Part shown: positions 1-10,649 of the stretch, piece by piece
How positions within the stretch are numbered: position 1 is the stretch's first letter
How the letters are laid out: each line of letters begins with the position of its first letter
Assembly (NCBI RefSeq): GCF_006345805.1
Contig: NC_042999.1
Span: 102,114,001 to 102,178,000, forward strand
Reading direction: 5' to 3'
Origin: Octopus sinensis
Taxonomy: Eukaryota
Length of the DNA: 64,000 nt
The notes under the pieces: model-generated
Database searches by the model: none
What the model saw: the letters and a program-made list of their open reading frames with translations, nothing else
Told to the model about the DNA's origin: nothing
Program-made: the position numbers and the translations under genes

Positions 1-149
1 ACTGCACGAAGGCGACGTATTAAACTTTAATATGTCGCTTTGGCGCAGTGGTTTAATAATTAAACCCTTGACCGTAATTGAATAAAGTAACTGTAATAAC
101 ATACAAAGATCGGTCAATGAGAATCTTAGTCTACACACTATTCAAGATA

Positions 150-548
150 TCTTTATATATAAAAGAGAAGTTGTGTGTCTGTCTCCTACGATTTAGATTC
201 CTAACTACTCCCACATTTTGCGGTGCAGTTTAACCAAAACCGGGTATCTTATAGTCGTGATTCATATCGAGCCCTTCTGGGTATTAGCGCGCGTCTACGA
301 TGAGTCTACGATTTAAAAAACAATTTACCATCATTTTTTCCCATTTTAATGCATTTTTTCGCTATTATATAAGGGAAATAACTCTCTAAAAATGTCTACG
401 ATGAGTCAACGATTAAAAAAAAATTTACCATAATTTTTTTTCCATTTTCAATGCATTTTTTTTTTGATATTTTTTGGCTATAACTCTCTAAAAATGCTTA
501 TATAGTTATTTCCCTTACAAACCGAGCAACGCCGGGCGATACTGCTAG
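150..548 (+). mobile_element. Non-autonomous Helitron
   Basis: Begins TC (TCTTTATATATAAAAG) after an A. Ends with the hairpin-like CCGAGCAACGCCGGG followed by CTAG (545-548) and then T. No TSD, A^T target. Internal ~100-bp tandem duplication (~293-392 / ~393-496). Confidence 0.85.
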
Positions 549-987
549 TAGCATTATATGTATGTTTGTTGGTACGCGAATGCATGTGTGGAGATGGACA
601 AAGAAAAAGAAAAGAAAGAACGATAAGCCGATTGACAATGTTCAAATCATGAAACGTTACATCTGGTACGTATGACCGATAAGAAAAGGAAACATTAGGT
701 TACAAACTACATCGCAATCTTTCCACAATAAATAATAAACTGAAAAAGAATTCTTCACAGGCTGTTCCCATGTGAAGAGCAGAGTGGTTACTGCAGCAAG
801 CTACAGTCCTTACAGTATCAACTCCATGCGTAATCATCCCAAACAAACATACATATCTACAATACTCAAGAAAATTACTACATGAGCATCGTAAGAATAT
901 TATCTCTCCACTCAGACCCGTTATCTTTAGCCGGATTGAGTAGGTATGCACACAGGTGTAACAGCAGTAACATTAAAATGATCATTA

Positions 988-1589
988 AGGCGATGAACTG
1001 GCAGAATCGTTAGCACGCCGGGCGAAATGTTTAGTGATATTTCGTCTACCTTTACGTTCTGAGTTCAAATTCCGCCGAGGTCGACTTTGCCTTTCATCCT
1101 TTCGGGGTCGATTAAATAAGCACCAGTTACGCACTGGGGTCGATGTAATCGACTTAATCCGTTTGTCCCCTCTGTGTGTAGCCCCTTGTGGGTAGTAAAG
1201 AAATAGGTATTTCGTCTGCCGCTACGTTCTGAGTTCAAATTCCACCGAGGTCGACTTTGCCTTTCATCCTTTTCGGGGTCGATAGATTAAGTACCAGTAA
1301 TGCACTGGGGTCGATGTAATCGACTTAATCCCTTTGTCTATCCTTGTTTGTCAACTCTATGTTTAGCCCCTTGTGGGCAATAAAGAAATAAGAAACGTTA
1401 GCACGCCGGGCAATGCACTTAGCGACATTTCGTTCGTCTTTATGTTATGTGTTCAAATTCTGCTGGGATCGATTTTACCTTTCATCCTTTCGGAGTCGAT
1501 AAAGTAAGTCCCGGTCGAGCACTGGGGTCGATGTAATTAACTTACCCCTCCCTCGAAATTGCTGGCCTTGTGCCAAAGTTTAAAACCAA
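988..1589 (+). mobile_element. tRNA-derived SINE, family A (TCGACTTTGCCTTTCATCCTTTCGGGGTCGAT core, resembling the Meta domain), composite of three partial units
   Basis: A/B-box-like head GGCGATGAACTGGCAGAATCGTTAG...GAGTTCAAATTCC. Core repeated three times. Flanked by a 20-bp imperfect TSD, TAACATTAAAATGATCATTA (968-987) / TAACATTAATATGGTCATTA (1590-1609). Confidence 0.85.
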
Positions 1590-1669
1590 TAACATTAATA
1601 TGGTCATTAGACAAAGACAATGTACTCAGATAACTTTTTGTTTTCTTTTTAATTTTGGCATATGACCGG

Positions 1670-1770
1670 CAACTGATACTTATACTTCCCTGGTGGGATC
1701 TAACAAGACCGAAACATGTCTACTGGTGTCACCAGCTGGTTTTAAAGACAGGATCCACCCTTATCTACAT
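1670..1770 (+). mobile_element. Penelope/retrozyme-like terminal relic with a degenerate hammerhead motif
   Basis: CTGGTGG-GATCTAACAAGACC-GAAA-CATG-TC at 1690-1720. Downstream sequence (GGTGTCACC...AAGACAGGATCCAC) is similar to 60205-60240. Confidence 0.45.
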
Positions 1771-1777
1771 TGTTTAG

Positions 1778-2148
1778 GGCTGTGGTTAAGAAGCTCACTT
1801 AGCAACCACGTAGTTTCGGGTTCAGTCCCACTGAACGGTAACTTGGGCAAATGCTTTCAATCATAGCCCCGAAGAGACCAAAGTCTTGGGTATTCAGAAA
1901 CTGTCTCTAAGTCCGTCATATAAATGTATAAGTGTGTACCTTTGTGTGCGTGTGCTTTTGTCCTCGCCCGCCCCCACTGCTTGATAACCAGTGTTGGTTT
2001 GTTTACGTCCCCGTAACCTAGAGGTTCGGAATAAGAATCGATCGAATAAGTACTGGACTTCAAAAAAGAAGAAAAAAAAGGCGATTTGTTCGACTTAAAT
2101 CCTTTCAAAGCAGAGTCACAGTTCAATGAGTGAAACAAGTAAAAATTA
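1778..2148 (+). mobile_element. tRNA-derived SINE, family B (CORE-like ACCTTGGGCAAGT; tail ...TGACTGAAACAAGTAAAAG)
   Basis: Matches the many other copies in the window (GGTTCAGTCCCACTG B box, TTTACGTCCCCGTAAC body, TGAAACAAGTAAAA tail). Confidence 0.8.
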
Positions 2149-3590
2149 AACGATAAACAATAACTCTTTTAGATTTTAAACAAACTTAGAGGGAGCTTTT
2201 GCCAACTAATCGCAGAAATAATCTCAGGCAGTCGAAGTTTTGTAATTCACAGTACACATATGAGACATGCATCTAAATTTGCAAACTTTTCTTAATTATT
2301 TTTTTATCTATTTATTTATCGCCGACTCTAAGCGCCACCGCTTTCCTCGGACTCATGTTTATAATTGTTACTCTGTTCTCCAGCTCTAGCCATTACTGCT
2401 GCTCATTGCCCTTCTGCCAGGTTTTCCATTTCAACTGAGACTCCTTTCCCGCTCTCCCTTTTTATTATTTCTATATCTCGTTACTCATTCATACATTTAT
2501 TCAACCATAGTGTTTTCAGCTATTAAGCAACATCACTCTCCACCGTTTATTTGATCAGCTTTGTGGTCATGCGTGTACTCGCCTATATATAAGTTTGTAT
2601 GTGTGTGTGTATGCATGTATGTATGGGGTTGTGCGCGAGCGCGTTGTGTGCGTGTCTATATTTCTTAGCTCTCCCCTTCCTCCTCCCAGCTTAGTCTATC
2701 TCACTGACTCGAGGTTATAAATGATAATGATGAGGATGTTGATAATAATAATAACAACAACAACAACGCTAACGTTAATAATAACAACAGCAATAATAAT
2801 AAGAAAAACAATAATAATTTAAGTGACAACAACCAGCAGCACCAGCAGTAGCAACATCAACGCTGCCGCCAAAATCAGCAACTTCCAATCTGGACGAAAA
2901 CAAGGCTTTTTTTTCTCTCTTTTTTATGAGCTTGAATTTATTTTTTTTATATTGTTTCTTTTTATTGTTACTTTTTTTTTATATAACTTCAACCTGGTAT
3001 TCCGGAAGAAGCAGCAATAAAATAAAATAATAACAACAATAATGACACAGACTTCAAAGCAATGACCGTCTCTTCAAAAGGAGAGAAATAATAACAAACA
3101 CATACACATAGAAAAAAGAAACAAAAACCAAAAATACACCGAATACAGCTATATAACTGAAAGCAAAATAAATAAATAAATAAAGAGATTGCCCTCAATA
3201 TGGACTCTCATGAAGGTGGCAAAAATAATATGGCGATGAGCTTTAAACAACATGGTGACGTTAAAAAAAACAGACGTATATTTAATACATGAATAAAATA
3301 TAATAAATAAAAGTGAGGAATAATAAAATAGTATTGGTAGTACAACACTTAACTTTTATGAATAAATAGGAATTTAATATCTCGCTTGTACTGTTTATTA
3401 TAACCATTTAGAGACATATTTAAAGAACACAAATAATCAAAAAATATTTGAATAGGAACATGAATGATACAAAAGAGAATCAAATCCGAGTATTCGCATT
3501 TTGTTTGGTTTTTTTAAATAAATTTTTGCTGTTTTTTTTTTTTAAATATACTTGTCATCTGGTTTAAAATGTAAAATGTAGAGGTATATA

Positions 3591-3930
3591 GGCGCAGGCA
3601 TGACTGTGTAGTTGAGAAGCTCGCTCTGTAACCATGTGGTTTCGGGTTCAACCCTTTTGGCAAGAGTCTTTTACTATAGCCTCGACCTAATTTTACAAAC
3701 GGAAAGTGTATTGATATACGTCGTATAAATGTGCGTGCTTGTGCTTGTCCACCACCACGGCTTGACAACCGGTGTTAGCTTGTTTACGCTTCCGTCAATT
3801 GTAGGTTTGGCAAAAGAGACCGACAGAATAAGAACCAAGCTTGAAAAATAAGTAATGAGGCCGGTTTGGTAAACTAAAAAATCTTCCAAGGCGGTGCCCC
3901 AGCATGGTCGCAGTTTAATGAATGAAACAA
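3591..3930 (+). mobile_element. SINE family B
   Basis: GGCGCAGGCATGACTGTGTAGTTGAGAAGCTCGC head through AAGGCGGTGCCCCAGCATGGTCGCAG...TGAAACAAAAG tail. Confidence 0.8.
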
Positions 3931-3944
3931 AAGGTAATAATAAA

Positions 3945-4192
3945 TGCGCCCTTTTAAAGCCTAGCCAAACTCATGGGCCCGGTTTCTTGGTTTTTATGGC
4001 ATATGTGTTTCCCAACTGGACGGGATGCCAGTCCATTGCAGCGTTACTCATTTTTGCTAGCTGAGTGGACTGGAGCAACGTGAAATGAAGTGTTTTGCTC
4101 AAGAACACAACGCGCCGCCCGGTCCAGGAATCGAAACTACAATCTTACGATCATGATGCTGACACCCTAACCACTAAGCCACGCTCCTCCAC
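3945..4192 (-). mobile_element. tRNA-derived SINE, family C (CTTGAGCAA...TTGCTCCAGTCCACTCAGC, Deu/Nin-like core)
   Basis: Reverse complement of the GTGGCTTAGTGGTTAGGG...TTCGATTCCTGGACCGG head and the TTGCTCCAGTCCACTCAGCT core. Confidence 0.8.
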
Positions 4193-4294
4193 AAATGAAA
4201 CAAAAAGTAAATGAAAAAAAGAAAAAAGAAATATACATAGTTGATGGGTGGTAGAATTAATATGTGTTGTGGTAGTTATTAGACCACTATGAAA

Positions 4295-4600
4295 AAGTGC
4301 ACGTGGCCTAGTAGCTATAAAAATATTGAGCTCACAATCAGAAAGTCGTGGGTTCGATTTCAGAATCGGGTGGCGCATTGTATACATTGTTCCTCGTTGC
4401 ACCAATCCACTCGGCTGAAAATGAGTACCAGCCAACTGCCTGGGCAGTTCGCTCCTTCCTCCATCTGTCACATTCTTGTTGTTCTGCTGGTCAAAGGCAA
4501 GAAAAGGTATACGTCTACTCGTGAGAGAGGGTATCTGTCTACTCGCGGTTACATAGATACCCAAAGCAATTAGTGAAATCGTGGTCCGAACTACCAGATC
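4295..4600 (+). mobile_element. SINE family C, degenerate
   Basis: GCACGTGGCCTAGTAG...GGGTTCGATTTC head and CAATCCACTCGGCTGAAAATGAGTACC core. Confidence 0.6.
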
Positions 4601-4604
4601 ATAC

Positions 4605-5000
4605 TTGCTTGCGAGTGAGTTTTACCTTTCACTTGTTTGAGTCACTGGACTGCGGCTATGCTGGGGCACCGCCCTGAAGAATTTTGGTCAAACAAATCGA
4701 TCCAAGTACGTATTATTTTTTTTCTTCAGCCTGGCACTTATTCTATCGGTATCTTTTGCCAAACCGCTAACTGATGGTAAGTAAACAAACTAACACCGGT
4801 GGTCACGAGGTGGTGGTGGACAAATGCAAGCAAAGGCATGCACGCGCACCCTTTCACACACACACACACACCACACAACAGGCTTCTTTCAGTTTCCGTC
4901 TACCAAATCCACTCACAACGCCCAGAGCTTTAGTAGAAGACACTTCCCCAAGATGCCGGGCAGTGGGACTGAACCCAAGGCTACATGCCACGTATGTTGA
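4605..5000 (-). mobile_element. SINE family B
   Basis: Reverse-complement tail (TTGTTTGAGTCACTGGACTGCGGCTATGCTGGGGCACCGCC) and CORE-like head (GACACTTCCCCAAGATGCC...GTGGGACTGAACCC). Confidence 0.8.
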
Positions 5001-5896
5001 TTTTTTTTTTCTTTTTTGTCTTTTTGGATAATTTCACAGTTTCGTATTGAAATCACGCCGAAGTCACTTAGTTTTGTCTTTAAAAAAGATAATGGGAATA
5101 TCACGGTTGAAACGCCCACGGACATTGGTCATCTAGATCAGGATTGATACGGGAAGTAACGACAACAACAATGTATTTAGACTCATCGAGAATAAATTGT
5201 ATATTTATACACATGCATGAATACACATCGCCATGCATATAAACTGAACCGATTGGAAACTATACGTGCATACGCACGCGCGCACGGATACATATAAAGA
5301 AGGATACGCAGATGTGAAACAACTATTATATGCATGCATAGAAAATTCTGCGCGCACACATTTATGCATGCTCACACACACACATACATATATATAAAAC
5401 TATCTATTTAACTCCTGGTATCATATTCTGTAAGTCGTGCTATTTTATATCCATACACACGTACTTTTTTTTTCTTTCTAATAAATGTATTTAATATTCT
5501 GTGTAAATCGAATTGCCTAATTTGCTTCTCATTACATTTACTCGTCTACCGGCTCAAGTTCAAATCTCTTGAGCACTTCGAAGTGTATTTTATAGAGAGA
5601 ACACTTGCCTGTAACCTATAAACTACACACACACACACACACATACACACACTCGAACTCAGGCAATACATTCACTTTTATTTCCATTTCGTGCTGTGAT
5701 CATTTCTTGTAACATCATAAGATGAGGTGAAGAGGTTACACCCCCACCGCACCCCGCTTCGCTCAGTCCTTCTCCATTTCTGAACGACCACTCTGTGCAA
5801 TCATTACACTCATTCTCCAACGACAACATAGAAGATTCTTAGAGGGAAAGAGATAGAATGCGAGAGAGAAAGAATGGGGGAGAGGGGAAAAGAGGG

Positions 5897-5932
<36 letters not shown>

Positions 5933-6271
5933 AGGATGATGTCTTAGAGTATTCCTGAGACTTGAATTTGCAATGTAATTGTTATTTTCAGGCAGAGTCG
6001 ACGTGACATAATATTCGATAAGGCTGGCATCCTTGAATTAAGGAGACTATTCACAGGACAGGTTGTGCTAAAAGACACTATGCATTGAGTAAGCTTGAAC
6101 CCTATATTTGAAAACTGCGAATCAATTTCTTAACCACTCGGCCACGCCTCTATCTTGTAGCTATGCTTACATACGCACGAACAAAACTGATAGGCCGTTG
6201 ATACAATAAACACAAGTCCAACACACGTACTCGCACGCACGCGCGCGCTAAGGTTATTCTAACATACATAC

Positions 6272-6672
6272 TGGAAGAGTGGTAAGAAGCTTGCTTCCTA
6301 ACTACACGATTCCGGGTTCAGTCCCACTGTGGCACCTTGGACAAGTGTCTTCTATAACCTTGGGCAGACCAAAGTCTTGTGAGTGGATTTGGTAGACGGA
6401 AACTGAAAGGAGCTCGTTATGTATGTATGTATGTATGTATGTATGTATGTATGTATGTATGCATGTACGTATGTGTGTTGTTTCCCGTCATCACTTGATA
6501 ACCGATGCTGTTGTGTTTAGATCACCGTAACTTAGCAGATCGGCAAAAGAAACCGATAGAATAAGTACTAGGCTTACAAACAATAAATCCTGGGGACGGT
6601 TTCAACTGAAACCCTTTAAGGCGGTGCCCCAGTATGGATGCTTTCAAACGACTGAAACAAGTAAAAGAATAA
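6272..6672 (+). mobile_element. SINE family B with an internal (TATG)n tract
   Basis: Full head, GGCACCTTGGACAAGTGTC core, internal (TATG)n at 6417-6470, family tail. Confidence 0.85.
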
Positions 6673-7571
6673 AATATACACACAAATCTTTAAAACCGAG
6701 GTCAACTGGTACATCGATCCAGGGGTGGTCGGGAAGCTGATGAGCGAGTCCGTAAATATCGTACACACACACAACACACACACACTTATACACATACACG
6801 TGTGTTCGCTCAAACTACTAAAAAATTGCAGGCAGTTCTCCCTCAAATCACCTTCTTGCACCCTAGAAGAGAAATTAAATAAGACGGCTCTGGGTTCTGA
6901 GTGGAAAAGAAAAGGGGGAGGGGGGAATAACAAAAACAAAAACAAAAAAAAAACTTGATGGTCATAATTATGGTGCCTTTGATTATAGGCCGGCTCGGCG
7001 AATGCTGAAAAGCAGTTAAACAACAAAACAACAATTGATAAAAAAAAAACATTGATGTTGCGCCAATGTGTGCAATGAACAAAGCGAGAGTGAGGAGTAG
7101 GAGGAGGAAATTGCCATTGAAGAGGGGGAAAAAAAGCACTAACTCATAAACTAACAGGTCGTTCGTTATAAGAAGTCATCGGGGCAGAGTTAACGCGTGT
7201 GCAGACAGAATGTACCACTTCCGGCATCATCATAGGCATCTCCACTACCATTTCACCACAGCTAAATATAATTCTACTCATATATCTAGGTATGCATTAT
7301 AGGAATTGACGCCAATGCTTGACACGCAGCAGGCTTTGACATTGCTCCAACCCCATGAAAAACACAAAATAATAAACTTGAAAAGTGCAGCCCCACCCCT
7401 CGGACCTTAAAAGACCACTTGCGAGGACCGCTTCCCTTAACCATTTAGCCATGCAAGTGACGGGATTTGAACTCAGAGCATAAAAGGCTGAAACTGATTA
7501 TGTAATGGTTTTTCACAGTTTTTCATCTACAATGAAACAGGTATAAGTGTTACAGTACACTAGCTGCTTTT

Positions 7572-7612
<41 letters not shown>

Positions 7613-7669
7613 TCTCTCCCTCTCTCTCTCTCTCTCTCCCTTTTTCTCTATATGTGCGTTTGTGAAGAA

Positions 7670-8020
7670 GGCGCATGGCTCAGAAGTTAGAGCATCGGGC
7701 TCACAATCATTAGGTAGTGAGTTCGATTCCGGGATCGAGCTGTGTGTGTTGTGTTCTTGAGCAAGACACTTTGTTTCACTTTGCTCCAATTCACTTAGCT
7801 GTAGAAATGAATTGCGACGTCACTGGTGCCAAGGTGTATCAGCCTTTGTCTTTCCCTTAGATAACATCGGTGGCATGGAGAGGGGAGGGTTAGGATTAGG
7901 GCTGGTATGCATGGGCAACTGCTGGTCTTCTGTAAACAACCTTGCCCGGACTTTTGTCTCGGAGGGGAATTTTCTAAGTGCAGTCCCAAGATCATTCATG
8001 ACCGAAGGGAGTATTATACC
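7670..8020 (+). mobile_element. SINE family C, near full length
   Basis: GGCGCATGGCTCAGAAGTTAGAGC...GAGTTCGATTCCGGG...CTTGAGCAAGACACTT...CATTCATGACCGAAGGG. Confidence 0.85.
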
Positions 8021-8139
8021 CTTTATATAATATATACATAAATACAAACAATATATTTAAAAACCCTTTGGACAAAAAAAAGTCGAATGATCCAAACCCA
8101 CATTTGTAAATATGGAAAACATTCTACCATTGGATCAAG

Positions 8140-8222
8140 ACATTTGAAGGATTGCAGAGGAGCTGGAACAGGACCGCCAGCGATGGAGAGCATTGGCGGA
8201 CCTGGTCGGCTCTACGCATGAC
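8140..8222 (+). mobile_element. RTE-clade LINE 3' end fragment
   Basis: Translates as ..AEELEQDRQRWRALADLVGSTH, like RTE ORF C-termini (AxDRxxWR). Confidence 0.5.
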
Positions 8223-8224
8223 TA

Positions 8225-8765
8225 CATCTTTGAGGCCACTAGCCTGGGACAACCTCAGTGGTCGAAAAAAAGACTAATCTGATGATCTGCTGTCCACGAA
8301 ATGTGACTGGATGATGAGAGATGGGCCTGGAAAATCAGCTGAAATTTCCATCACATATCTTAGTTTAGGAGGCCATAAGATTATTTTACTGGAGTTAACT
8401 GAGTCTGGGAGGAGAGCGAAATTCAAGGGGTTGGTAAAGGACTGCTGCGAGAAATGTTGGCGCACCGGGTCTTTGCCAGAGCAGATAGGCTGTCGATGGC
8501 TGGCAGGTCGCTTCCTTAGGAAGGCCTACGGGACCCTGGGCATTACAGGAGTTGAACAGAACTAACAGGGACAATGTTAAAACTGCAGAGACAACTGGTT
8601 GGTTCTGGCTAGAAAGAAGTTAGATTTGGTTTCAGTTGAATACCATTTGGGCACAGGCAGCCGAAACTAATTGAACCTCCGTCGGATCATCTGAAAACCA
8701 GAGTATGTTGCACAAATCGAAAATATTCAGTGATCCGAAGATGAAGTGTCCAAAGATTGCATCCG
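8225..8765 (+). mobile_element. HERO-like (restriction-like endonuclease) non-LTR retrotransposon 3' fragment
   Basis: Frameshifted translation DLLSTKCDWMMRD / LENQLKFPSHILV / ILLELTE..RAKFKGLVKDCCEKCWRT..PEQIGCR..AGRFLRKAYGTLGITG..VKTAETTGWFWLERS matches the RLE C-terminus of HERO-type elements, followed by a 3' UTR. Confidence 0.75.
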
Positions 8766-9129
8766 TATATATGTTGAACTCACTTCTAAACAAAACAATT
8801 AATTGAACAAATACTTTTTTTAAATATATTCTTTTCAGTAATTTCCTCAACGTTTGCTTTTACCATTATAAAGAACCAACAGAAAGAAAAAAAAAAAAAC
8901 ATTTTTGCCCCCAGATAAATATACAGCATGAGTCTGCTCTCAACTGAGTCCTGATAGAGCAGACCTATAATCAATCCAACCATAACCATCTCGTCTTATT
9001 GTAAATTTAGCACTGCATTGTGCAATGTGCCTATCCTTTTCTTTAAAAAGACAGTAGCGTTTGATTTAAGGAAGATTTTGTTGCTCTTTCTAGGAGCTGA
9101 GCGACCACGTAGAGACTCATACGTTAGTT

Positions 9130-9333
9130 CGCAATGTGTTCTTACACATTATAACAGAACAAAAGTAATCGATTGCATCGACCAAGTTTATCACTGGCGC
9201 TTAATCTATCGACCCGGGAGAGATGAAAGGCAAAAATGTACTCCGACGGGAATAGAACACAAAACGTAAAGGGACATAACTACATTCAACAAAGCATTTT
9301 TAGTCTGGCGCACTTTTGTTTCCACCACGCACC
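9130..9333 (-). mobile_element. SINE family A, degenerate
   Basis: ATCGACCCGGGAGAGATGAAAGGCAAAA is the reverse complement of the family core. Confidence 0.6.
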
Positions 9334-9584
9334 AGTCCTAGCCCCGATAATTAATATTTATAATTATACTTTAAATACCTAAATAACTATAAAAAAAATC
9401 TCTTTAACTCTCTTTTTTCATATTCTGTCTCCGTCTGTGTGTGTGTGTGTGTGTGTATGTGTGTTTGTGTGTGTATATGTAAGTTTATCTCTATATATCC
9501 ATCCATTTATCTACGTCACTATTTAATTGTTTGTCTACTAATCTATCTATCAATTAACCATCAATTTATGTCTATATGTGGCTA

Positions 9585-9615
<31 letters not shown>

Positions 9616-9959
9616 ATGCATGTATTATACACACATAATTATCCGTTAATCCATCTATTTATCTTCATTTGTCTATCAATCTAACCATGTATCTAAATAT
9701 TCAATTACCCATCTATATATCTATTTATGTTACTATTCTATTCAATTATCCATCAGTCCAGCTATATATATGTTCCTATTTCTCAATGATCTTATCTATC
9801 TAAATATTGAATTACCTTCCCCTCTATGTCTTTGTCTCTCTCTATCCCTATCTATCCAAAAATTCCCTTTTTTTGCCATCTATCTGTCTGTCAATCTGTC
9901 TCCAATTATCTATTGATCAAACGGTCAGACTATAATCTACAGCCAGTGCCCTCTATTCC

Positions 9960-10640
9960 AAGGACAGTTGCCACCTAGTACTGTTGCCATCTTTATGAAA
10001 CAAACCGGCTGATTCCAGAACAGATGGAATATTGATTTAAGCAAATGTTTCTTTCATTATCTTGTTGATCTCTTGTAGTCTCTTGGAAACCTGCCGGCGC
10101 TTAAGCGATAGGAGAATGTCCCAGTAATTGCAAACAATTCACGGACTTTCCGCAGTGACATCAGTATGGAATAAGAATATCACCACCCACTCTGAAAGTC
10201 ATTCGCTATTCGCTGATTCCTGTCACTTAGTAAATTATCAACATTTGCAAACCACTAAGAGTCAATGAATTACCCAATAATTTAAGAAAATAGGCGGTGA
10301 TATTCGTACTCCATGAAAATGTAGCGCAAAGTCCATGAACTTGTAATTGCTGCTTAAATGGTGGTAGGTTTCTAAGAATCACGGAGATCAACAGGATAAT
10401 AAAGCCGTCATGTCTCAATCAACATTCCGACTTGTTTTGTTTTGTCTAGATGGCATAAGTGCCACATAGTACGATTTTATATCCTTGGACTAGAGGACCA
10501 TAGTACGATTTTATATCCTTGGACTAGAGGACACTGCCTACTCTACCATATTACTGTAATGGATTCTTTCACCGCAGTTAATGTCCTTAACTGCATTCTT
10601 CTTTTGGGTTCTATCGTTTATCGGCAAGACAAACGAAAAT
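9960..10640 (-). mobile_element. Highly degraded CR1-like reverse transcriptase relic
   Basis: Minus-strand translation with stops LDKTKQVGMLI..NLLSDRNQRIA resembles CR1 RT (LDxGKQVD...FLSDRxQRV). Confidence 0.35.
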
Positions 10641-10649
10641 GTCCAAATA

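Noticed and set aside
7158-7289. 132-nt AG..GT-bounded segment with one open His-rich frame
   Set aside because: No polypyrimidine tract, no recognisable homology, and a 43-codon open frame is common by chance.
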